DNA from: an uncultured Alphaproteobacteria bacterium
GTDB lineage: Bacteria > Pseudomonadota > Alphaproteobacteria > RF32 > CAG-239
Reading direction: 5' to 3'
DNA: 64,000 nucleotides
NCBI GenBank assembly: GCA_944390915.1
Contig: CALXRS010000007.1
Span: 2,214 to 66,213 of the forward strand
Both the position numbers and the translations under genes were made by a program. Below the pieces are notes generated by a model. The model ran no database searches, was not told where the DNA came from, and worked only from the letters and a program-made list of their open reading frames with translations. Below, in pieces: positions 56,688 to 64,000 of the stretch. The number at the start of each line of letters is the position of its first letter. Positions within the stretch are counted from its first letter, which is position 1.

Positions 56688-56800
56688 AGACGCGTCCTTT
56701 GTTCAAAATGCACAAAGCAAAAATAATCTTTGCTAAAACCATATTCCTGACATAATATATTCTATATTGATGAATAAAATATTTAAGGTCAAGCCCGAAC

Positions 56801-57199
56801 ATGAAAAATTATCATCAACTTTTCACTTTTGCGGCCAAAGCGCGGGGCAACGCCCATGTTCCCTATTCTCATTTTGCGGTCGGCGCGGCGATTGAAGACG
56901 AAAACGGCAATTTTCATGCCGGCTGCAACGTTGAAAACGTTTCTTTTCCCTGCGGCACCTGCGCGGAAACCGGCGCAATAGCGGCCATGACGGCGGCCGG
57001 CGGCAAAAAAATCCGCCGGATACTGATTGTGGCCGGCGGCGACCGGCTGATTTCCCCCTGCGGCGCCTGTCGCCAGCGGATTTTGGAATTTTCGCTTCCG
57101 GAAACGGAAGTTTTGCTGGCCGACACCGAAGGCGTTAAAAAAGTTTTATCCGTCGGCGAACTTTTGCCCGGCGCTTTTAAGGAGTTTTCCCATGATTGA
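56801..57199 (+). CDS. cdd: Cytidine deaminase
   Basis: ..HVPYSHFAVGAAIEDENGNFHAGCNVENVSFPCGTCAETGAI...SPCGACRQ.. (CAE and PCGACRQ zinc motifs). Confidence 0.93.
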   Translation: MKNYHQLFTFAAKARGNAHVPYSHFAVGAAIEDENGNFHAGCNVENVSFPCGTCAETGAIAAMTAAGGKKIRRILIVAGGDRLISPCGACRQRILEFSLPETEVLLADTEGVKKVLSVGELLPGAFKEFSHD

Positions 57200-58001
57200 C
57201 ATTGACGATCTCCGTCGCCTGCTTGCCGAACGAAAACCAGCCACCGCCGTCATTCTCGGTTCCGGTCTCGGCGCCGTCGCCGACGCGCTTGAGGATCCGC
57301 TTGTCGTTAACTATGCCGACATCAACGGTTTTCCGCAGACAACCGTTACCGGTCACGCCGGACAAATGATTGCCGGCCGTCTGGGGGCAAGCGAAGTTTT
57401 GTGCCTGAAAGGGCGTTTTCATCTTTACGAAGGCCACCGCCCGCAAACCATTGCCGAAGTCGTCAACGCCCTAAAAGACATCGGCATCCGTCGGCTTATC
57501 GTCACCAACGCCGCCGGTTCGCTCAATCCGGATTTTGCTCCCGGCAGCCTGATGCTGATAAAAGACCACATCAATTTTTGCGGACAAAATCCGCTTGTCG
57601 GCGCCAATGACGACCGTGTCGGCCCGCGTTTTCCCGATATGAGCAACGCCTATAACGCCGATTTGCGCCGGCGGATGCTCGCCGTCGCCGACAAAGCCGG
57701 CATTGCGCTCAAAGAAGGCGTGTATCTGATGGTTCTCGGTCCGAATTTTGAAACCGCGGCGGAAATCAAAGCCTTCCGCCTGCTCGGAGCGGACGCCGTC
57801 GGCATGTCGACGGTGCCGGAAGTCATTGCCGCCGTCCATGCCGGTCTTAACGTACTCGGGCTTTCGGCCATCACCAATTTCGGCACCGGCATGCAAAAAA
57901 CGCCGCTGTCGCACGAAGAAACCATTGCCAACGCAAAAAAAGCGAGCGACAACCTCGCCCGGCTGATTATCAATTTTATAAAGGAGAACCCCGATGGATG
58001 A
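57192..58001 (+). CDS. Purine nucleoside phosphorylase (trimeric PunA/XapA type)
   Basis: ..AVILGSGLG...GHAGQMIAG...LKGRFHLYEGH...GPRFPDMSNAY...GPNFETAAE...GADAVGMSTVPE.. Confidence 0.92.
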   Translation: MIDIDDLRRLLAERKPATAVILGSGLGAVADALEDPLVVNYADINGFPQTTVTGHAGQMIAGRLGASEVLCLKGRFHLYEGHRPQTIAEVVNALKDIGIRRLIVTNAAGSLNPDFAPGSLMLIKDHINFCGQNPLVGANDDRVGPRFPDMSNAYNADLRRRMLAVADKAGIALKEGVYLMVLGPNFETAAEIKAFRLLGADAVGMSTVPEVIAAVHAGLNVLGLSAITNFGTGMQKTPLSHEETIANAKKASDNLARLIINFIKENPDG

Positions 58002-58728
58002 TTGTTACACCGCACGCCGGCTTATCGGCTGCCTTGATTTAACTTCGCTGAACCCCGACGACACGGAAGAAACCATTGTCCGCCTGTGCGCAAAAGCCTG
58101 CACCCCGTACGGCCATACGGCCGCCGTATGCGTCTATCCCCAATGGGCGAGCGTGGCCAAAAAACATTTGAAAAAAACACCGGTCAAAATTGCTTCGGTC
58201 GTTAATTTTCCCGACGGCAGCAGCGACATAAAAAGGGTGAAGGAAGAAATAAAAAAAGCTTTCGGCAACGGGGCGGACGAAATCGACGCCGTTTTCCCCT
58301 ATCGCGACTTTTTGGCCGGCAACCTCGACGAATGCCGCCGGTTCATGGAAATCGTCAGCCGCGAATGCAGCAAACACACGGTCAAGATTATTCTTGAAAC
58401 CGGCGAGCTGAAACATGTTTCGACCATTGCCGCCGCCACCCGTTTTTGCCTGGAATATAATGTCGGATTCATCAAAACCTCTACCGGCAAAACCCCCGTT
58501 TCCGCCACCATCGGCGCCGCCAACATCATTTTGGAAACCATCCGCGACAGCGGCAAAAACGCCGGTTTTAAGGCCAGCGGCGGAATCAGAGATTATGAGG
58601 AGGCACGCAAATATCTGATATTATCCGAAGTTATCCTTGGCAAAGACTGGCCGGATGCCGATCATTTCCGCCTCGGCGCCAGCTCGCTGCTTGACGATCT
58701 GTTAAAAATTGCCGGTGAAGGAGAATAA
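57994..58728 (+). CDS. deoC: Deoxyribose-phosphate aldolase
   Basis: ..VASVVNFPDGSSD...GADEIDAVFPY...FIKTSTGK.. contains the Schiff-base lysine motif. Confidence 0.9.
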   Translation: MDDCYTARRLIGCLDLTSLNPDDTEETIVRLCAKACTPYGHTAAVCVYPQWASVAKKHLKKTPVKIASVVNFPDGSSDIKRVKEEIKKAFGNGADEIDAVFPYRDFLAGNLDECRRFMEIVSRECSKHTVKIILETGELKHVSTIAAATRFCLEYNVGFIKTSTGKTPVSATIGAANIILETIRDSGKNAGFKASGGIRDYEEARKYLILSEVILGKDWPDADHFRLGASSLLDDLLKIAGEGE

Positions 58729-58730
58729 TC

Positions 58731-60041
58731 ATGTTGCCGCAGGAAATTATTCGCAAAAAACGCGATTGCCGCGCTCTGACCGCGGAAGATATTGACTTTT
58801 TTATAAAAGGCGTAACCGACGGCACAATTGCCGACTGCCAGATTGCCGCTTTGACGATGGCCGCTTTCATCAACGGCCTGTCCGCAGAAGAAACCGCCCT
58901 GCTGACCAAAGCCATGCGCGATTCGGGCGATGTTCTCGCCTGGCCGGAACTCGATGCGCCGGTGGTGGACAAACATTCCTCGGGCGGCGTCGGCGACAAA
59001 ATCAGCCTGATGCTGGCTCCGCTGCTGGCCGCCGCCGGCGTCTATGTGCCGATGATTTCCGGCCGCGGCCTGGGGCATACCGGCGGCACGCTTGACAAAC
59101 TCGATTCCATTCCGGGTTATCAGACGCAGCCCGACAATGCTTTGTTCCGCAAAACGGTGAAAGAAGCCGGTTGCGCCATTATCGGCCAAACCGCCAGGCT
59201 GGCGCCGGCCGACAAAAAAATCTATGCCGTCCGCGACGTTTGCGCCACGGTGGAATCCGTTCCGCTGATTACCGCTTCGATTCTTTCCAAAAAGCTTGCG
59301 GCCGGGCTCGATTATCTGATTATGGACTTAAAATTCGGCAACGGCGCTTTTATGGAAAACATTGACGACGGCCGCAAACTGGCGCGCTCCATCGTCGACA
59401 CGGCCGCCCGCGCCGGCACCAAAACCGCCGCCCTGCTGACCGACATGAATCAGGTTCTGGGATCTGCCGCCGGCAACGCGGTGGAAGTAAAAGAAGCCGT
59501 CGATTATCTGAAAGGCGCAACCCGCGACCCCCGCGTGCACGAACTGACCATAAGCCTTGCGGCCAAACTGCTGGTTACGGCCGACATTTTTGCCGACATC
59601 GGCACGGCGCGGACAAAGCTGAAGGAATATCTCGATTCCGGCAAAGCTCTGGAAATTTTCGCACGGATGGTCACCCTGCTCGGCGGTCCCGCGGACTTTA
59701 CCGACCGACCGGAAAAATATCTGCCCTCTGCCGCCGTTGTCAAACCCGTCTTTCCGCTTGCCGCCGGCTATGTCGAAAGCATGAACACCCGCAACATCGG
59801 GCTTGGCATCATCGGTTTGAAAGGCGGCCGCACCACGCCCGAACAAAAACTCGACTATGCCACCGGCTACACCGGTTTTTGCCAGATAGGCGACTATGTG
59901 GACGAACAGACGCCGCTGGCCTTTGTCCATGCGGCATCGGAAGAAGACTACAATTTTGCCGCCGACGTTTTGCAGCGCAACATTGTCACCTCGTTCGACA
60001 AACCCGCGCTGCCGCCGCTTATTGCGGAAGTGGTGGAATAA
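58731..60041 (+). CDS. deoA: Thymidine (pyrimidine-nucleoside) phosphorylase
   Basis: MLPQEIIRKKRD...VDKHSSGGVGDKISL...SGRGLGHTGGTLDKL.. Confidence 0.95.
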   Translation: MLPQEIIRKKRDCRALTAEDIDFFIKGVTDGTIADCQIAALTMAAFINGLSAEETALLTKAMRDSGDVLAWPELDAPVVDKHSSGGVGDKISLMLAPLLAAAGVYVPMISGRGLGHTGGTLDKLDSIPGYQTQPDNALFRKTVKEAGCAIIGQTARLAPADKKIYAVRDVCATVESVPLITASILSKKLAAGLDYLIMDLKFGNGAFMENIDDGRKLARSIVDTAARAGTKTAALLTDMNQVLGSAAGNAVEVKEAVDYLKGATRDPRVHELTISLAAKLLVTADIFADIGTARTKLKEYLDSGKALEIFARMVTLLGGPADFTDRPEKYLPSAAVVKPVFPLAAGYVESMNTRNIGLGIIGLKGGRTTPEQKLDYATGYTGFCQIGDYVDEQTPLAFVHAASEEDYNFAADVLQRNIVTSFDKPALPPLIAEVVE

Positions 60042-60056
60042 ACAGAGGAACAAAAA

Positions 60057-60833
60057 ATGCCCCTGGGAACCGTCAATTTTTATCTTGCGCCCAACCTGCC
60101 ACCCGCGCGTCATGCCTTTTTCGGCCGTTGCGGCGGCGCTTCGACGGACAAGTACGATTCTTTCAACTTCAATTACCGCAGCAAGGACAAGCCCGAAAAC
60201 ATTGAGCGCAATCTGGAACTTGTCGGCAAATTTTACGGTTTGACGGGAGCGTCCGTTATGCGCCCGCGGCAGGCGCATACCGCAACAAGCGTTTATGTCG
60301 ACCGCCCTTCCCGCTACGAAATTGACGCCGACGGCGTGGTTACCGACAAACCGGACATTATTCTCGGCATCACCACAGCCGACTGCATGCCCGTGTTGCT
60401 TGCCGACGACAGGCACGGCGTTGTCGGCGCGGCGCACGCAGGCTGGCGCGGCGCGCTTGCCGGTGTGGTGGAAAACACCATCGCTCTGATGATAAAAAAA
60501 GGCGCGCGGCGGGAAGATATTGCCGCCGCCGCAGGCCCCTGTCTGCAAAAACAGTCTTTTGAAGTTCGTCGGGATATGCTTTCGCTGTTTCTTGCGCAAG
60601 ACGAAGCCAATGCCGAATTTTTTACGCCTTTTGCCGCCGACGGCTGGCTGTTTGATTTGGAAGGCTACATGCGCCGCCGTCTTAATCTCGCCGGCATCGA
60701 AAACGTTTCTTTTTCCGGCATCAACACTTTTGCCGAAGAAGAGCTTTATTTCAGCTACCGCCGCGCTTGTCGGCAGGGGCTGGTAACGGAACCGGCCGAT
60801 TTTCCGGTGGAGTTGTCAACCATAAAATTGTAG
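60057..60833 (+). CDS. pgeF: YfiH/PgeF-family (laccase-domain) purine nucleoside enzyme
   Basis: ..ILGITTADCMPVLLAD....GAAHAGWRG...GPCLQKQSFEV.. Confidence 0.88.
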   Translation: MPLGTVNFYLAPNLPPARHAFFGRCGGASTDKYDSFNFNYRSKDKPENIERNLELVGKFYGLTGASVMRPRQAHTATSVYVDRPSRYEIDADGVVTDKPDIILGITTADCMPVLLADDRHGVVGAAHAGWRGALAGVVENTIALMIKKGARREDIAAAAGPCLQKQSFEVRRDMLSLFLAQDEANAEFFTPFAADGWLFDLEGYMRRRLNLAGIENVSFSGINTFAEEELYFSYRRACRQGLVTEPADFPVELSTIKL

Positions 60834-60842
60834 AGGCCGACC

Positions 60843-61571
60843 ATGATTACGCTTCATCCGCTGCCTTTTTTCAACGAACGCAAACTGCCGATAAGCATGC
60901 TTGTCATTCATGCCATGGCGCACAATGCGACGGACGGCATCCGCCAGCTGGAAGCGCTTGAGCTCAGCAGCCACTATGTGGTGGACCATGACGGCAGCGT
61001 CTATCAATGTGTGAGCGAAGACAAGCGCGCCTGGCATGCCGGCGTCAGCTTCTGGCGTGGCGAAACGGACATCAATTCCTGCTCTGTCGGCATTGAAGTC
61101 TGTCACCGGTCGCTCGGGCAAAGCCGTTTCAACCGCAGACAAATTGCCTCTCTGACAGAGTTGTGTAAAGACATCATCCGCCGCCACCGGATTGCCCCGA
61201 CCATGATTGTCGGCCATTCGGACATTGCGCCGGAGCGCAAGCCCGATCCGGGGATGTGTTTTCCGTGGCGCGAACTGGCGGCCGACAACATCGGCATCTG
61301 GTACGGCAGCCGCTTTTCGGCGGAAACGGACGCTGTCAAAATGCTTGCCGAAATCGGCTACAATACGGAAAACGACCTTGCCGCCCAAGCCGCGGCCTAT
61401 GCTTTTTGCCGTCGGTTTTTGCCCAAAAAGGTAAAAAAACTGCCGGTAAAAAAACTGCTGGAAACGCCCTTTCCCAAAGATTGCCGCAGCCTGTTCGAGG
61501 ATGAGGAATTTCTCAATATTCTGCAAAACATCCATTATCAATATCAGATTTACGGCAAAAACGGGCTGTAA
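60843..61571 (+). CDS. ampD: N-acetylmuramoyl-L-alanine amidase (Amidase_2, AmpD-like)
   Basis: ..LVIHAMA....SSHYVVDHDGSVYQCVSEDKRAWHAGVSFWRGETDINSCSVGIEV...VGHSDIAPERKPDPG.. Confidence 0.88.
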   Translation: MITLHPLPFFNERKLPISMLVIHAMAHNATDGIRQLEALELSSHYVVDHDGSVYQCVSEDKRAWHAGVSFWRGETDINSCSVGIEVCHRSLGQSRFNRRQIASLTELCKDIIRRHRIAPTMIVGHSDIAPERKPDPGMCFPWRELAADNIGIWYGSRFSAETDAVKMLAEIGYNTENDLAAQAAAYAFCRRFLPKKVKKLPVKKLLETPFPKDCRSLFEDEEFLNILQNIHYQYQIYGKNGL

Positions 61572-61618
61572 AAGCCCGTTTGAACCAAACCGTTTTTATA
61601 TTTGCGCAAACATCGTTT

Positions 61619-62122
61619 TCAGGCGGGACTGGCCGCCGCTTTGGCAAACGCGCCGCCGCCTCGGCCGGCTTCGGCAGCGCGAAATTCCTCAAAACGGGAC
61701 GCAAACAAATATTTATCCACCCCGTTAATCGTGGTGATTTTCGGGTTTTTCAAAATATCCGGCAGTTCCTCGCTCCTGAACACGCTGCGCGGATCGGCGT
61801 TGTCGATAAAGGCGGTTATGTTCCCCGCCGCGCTTTCGATAAAACGACGGGACGCCAGCCGCCAGATGTCGGCGATTTTTTCGCGGTCGCCCTCGTTCTC
61901 CGCGTCCGCGGCCAACCCTAAATCCGCCAGCTTCCGACCGCACAAAGTGCAGTCGATGGTCATGGCTTCCGGATGCTTTGCCATATAGGCCTCGGCCGCC
62001 TCCTTGTTGGCCTTGGTCGGCTGGTAGCTTATCGAATATACCACCGCGGCATCGGGCGCTGTCCGCACGTCGGCCGTTCCGGCAATTTCCACCGCTATCC
62101 TCAACAAACTTGTATCTATCAC
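61619..62122 (-). CDS. Hypothetical protein (167 aa), possibly translationally coupled to clpB
   Basis: The GTG start overlaps the clpB stop (cGTGAt at 62119-62122). No recognisable motif. Ala/Gly-rich tail. Confidence 0.45.
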   Translation of the reverse strand: MIDTSLLRIAVEIAGTADVRTAPDAAVVYSISYQPTKANKEAAEAYMAKHPEAMTIDCTLCGRKLADLGLAADAENEGDREKIADIWRLASRRFIESAAGNITAFIDNADPRSVFRSEELPDILKNPKITTINGVDKYLFASRFEEFRAAEAGRGGGAFAKAAASPA

Positions 62123-63999
62123 GATTTTTCTATCTCTAATTCATTGTTGCGAACCACGATATCGGCAGTGTCGTTTTCGCCGATTCTGCCATCCAATATC
62201 GCTAACGCCAGTTTATTCTCAATTTGGTTTTTAAGCAAGCGTTTTAACGGGCGGGCGCCATAAATTTCGTCATACCCGTTGTCGGCAATCCATTTTGCCG
62301 CCTCATCGCTGACATGCAGTTTGATGTTGCGCTCGCTCAACCGCTCCTCGATGTTGTGCAGCTGGATTTTGGCGATTTGCTTAATATTTTCCCTGTTCAG
62401 ACGGTGGAAAATGCTTATCTCGTCAATCCGGTTGATAAACTCGGGACGGAAAGAGGACTTGACGACTTCCATCACCGCCGCGGTCACGGCCTTCGGGTCG
62501 CTTTGTTCGTCGGCGCGCGCCAGAATATCCGAACCGAGGTTGGACGTCATGATGATAATCGTGTTCTTAAAGTCGACCGTGCGGCCTTTGCCGTCGGTCA
62601 GACGTCCGTCGTCCAGCACCTGCAGCAAAACATTGAAAATATCCGGATGCGCTTTTTCCACCTCGTCAAACAAAACCACCTGATACGGACGGCGACGAAC
62701 GGATTCGGTCAGAATGCCGCCCTCCTCATAGCCGACATACCCCGGAGGCGAGCCAATAAGCCGCGCCACCGCATGTTTTTCCATATATTCGGACATATCA
62801 ATCCGCAGCATGGCCGTTTCGTCGTTAAACAGAAATTCGGCCAGCGCCTTGCTCAGTTCGGTTTTGCCCACGCCTGTCGGGCCCAAGAACAAAAACGACC
62901 CTATCGGCTGGCGATGGTCGCCGATGCCCGCGCGCGAACGGCGAACGGCGTTGGCCACGGCGCGGATGGCTTCTTTTTGTCCGACCACGCGGCGACCGAG
63001 ATAATCTTCCATATGCAAAAGTTTTTCTTTTTCGCCGGCAAGCATTTTATCAACCGGAATCCCCGTCCATTTGGACACAACCTCGGCAATCGATTCGTCG
63101 GTCACCACCTGAATGGTGCGCCCTTTTTTCTCTTTGGCCAGATTTTCGAGCTCGCGCATCTGTTTTTCCAACCCCGGGATAACGCCGTATTGCAGCTCGC
63201 CGGCTTTTTCAAACTGTCCGTTGCGCTGGGCGATGGCAACCTCTATCCGTGCCTTGTCGAGCTTGTCTTTCACTTCCGTCAGATCGGCCAGACTTTGTTT
63301 TTCGGCCTTCCATTTTTCGTTCAGAGCGCGGGCGGTTTCCTCAAGATCGGCGGTTTCCTTTTCAATTTCTTCCAAACGTTTTTTCGACTGTTCGTCATGC
63401 TCTTTTTTCAGCGCCTCGCGTTCAATTTTCAGCTGCATGATTTTGCGGTCGAGGTTGTCCAGCTCTTCCGGCTTTGAATCGATGGCCATTCTGAGTGCGC
63501 TGGCCGCCTCGTCCATCAGGTCGATGGCCTTGTCGGGCAAAAAGCGGTCGGTAATATAGCGGTTGGAAAGCGTGGCCGCGGCAATCAGCGCAGAGTCGGA
63601 AATACGCACCCCGTGGTGCAGCTCAAATTTTTCCTTAATGCCGCGCAAAATGGATATTGTTTCCTCAACCGTCGGTTCGCCGACAAACACCGGTTGGAAA
63701 CGACGGGCAAGAGCGGCGTCTTTTTCCACATATTTTTTATATTCGGCAAGGGTGGTTGCCCCCAGACAATGCAGCTCACCGCGGGCAAGCGCCGGTTTCA
63801 GGAGATTGGAAGCGTCCATCGAACCTTCCGACGCGCCGGCGCCGACAATGGTGTGCATCTCGTCAATAAACAGAATGATGCCGCCGTTTGCCGCTTCCAC
63901 GTCTTTCAACACGGCTTTCAGACGTTCCTCAAACTCGCCGCGGAATTTCGCGCCGGCAATCAGCGCCCCCATGTCGAGCGCCAGCAGACGCTTGCCGCG
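62119..63999 (-). CDS. clpB: Chaperone ClpB, C-terminal ~625 aa (5' end beyond the right edge)
   Basis: The frame stays open upstream of the track's Met (..[31 protein letters not shown]..). It contains the M-domain coiled coil, NBD2 Walker [18 protein letters not shown], and ..[12 protein letters not shown].. Confidence 0.95.
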   Translation of the reverse strand, partial: RGKRLLALDMGALIAGAKFRGEFEERLKAVLKDVEAANGGIILFIDEMHTIVGAGASEGSMDASNLLKPALARGELHCLGATTLAEYKKYVEKDAALARRFQPVFVGEPTVEETISILRGIKEKFELHHGVRISDSALIAAATLSNRYITDRFLPDKAIDLMDEAASALRMAIDSKPEELDNLDRKIMQLKIEREALKKEHDEQSKKRLEEIEKETADLEETARALNEKWKAEKQSLADLTEVKDKLDKARIEVAIAQRNGQFEKAGELQYGVIPGLEKQMRELENLAKEKKGRTIQVVTDESIAEVVSKWTGIPVDKMLAGEKEKLLHMEDYLGRRVVGQKEAIRAVANAVRRSRAGIGDHRQPIGSFLFLGPTGVGKTELSKALAEFLFNDETAMLRIDMSEYMEKHAVARLIGSPPGYVGYEEGGILTESVRRRPYQVVLFDEVEKAHPDIFNVLLQVLDDGRLTDGKGRTVDFKNTIIIMTSNLGSDILARADEQSDPKAVTAAVMEVVKSSFRPEFINRIDEISIFHRLNRENIKQIAKIQLHNIEERLSERNIKLHVSDEAAKWIADNGYDEIYGARPLKRLLKNQIENKLALAILDGRIGENDTADIVVRNNELEIEKS

Positions 64000-64000
64000 C

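Noticed and set aside
59328-60599. 423-aa ORF antisense to deoA and pgeF.
   Set aside because: Shadow ORF. It spans two real genes on the other strand.

Overview
This is a 64-kb chromosomal window from a Gram-negative bacterium; TolB, an AsmA-family protein and an autotransporter are all present. I infer it is probably an alphaproteobacterium, from the MotE-like and DUF6468-like genes and a PlsC with a KHESALET-type motif. About 85% of the window is densely packed core genes. These include lepA, uvrB, smpB, a bactofilin + M23 peptidase + ftsB group, tadA, rluB-like, rsmD, plsC, ftsEX, argS, pfk, rpsU, ruvX, tolB and gap-pgk. A 21-gene S10-spc ribosomal protein block runs from rpsJ to rplO. 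After it come ychF-pth-rplY, galU-like, asmA-like, a cdd/PNP/deoC/deoA/pgeF nucleoside operon, ampD and a partial clpB. I found no tRNA, rRNA, CRISPR array, transposase or integrase. Three regions are not explained by ordinary annotation. (1) 24.1-25.85 kb, between a zinc-ribbon gene and argS. Four tandem units each carry their own sigma70-like promoter, a ~155-180 nt structured RNA and an intrinsic terminator. Helix changes between the copies are compensatory. A 74-aa XRE-type HTH gene follows, then a second unrelated ~252-bp repeat array full of hairpins, CU-rich motifs and GTAC-N6-GTAC palindromes. This is my best candidate for something undescribed. (2) 3.8-11.7 kb, between lepA and uvrB. 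It holds a 1312-aa protein with a prepilin/TadE-like class III signal (G at -1, E at +5) and a membrane-anchored partner. Divergently transcribed from these is an isolated flagellar-type trio: a SpoA/FliN-like protein, a DUF6468-like protein and a MotE-like protein. (3) A Pmp-repeat autotransporter lies directly upstream of the S10 operon, which also lacks secY-adk after rplO. Many long ORFs in the track are antisense shadows of real genes and were rejected. All functional calls rest on reading the translations and motifs by eye; no database search was possible.
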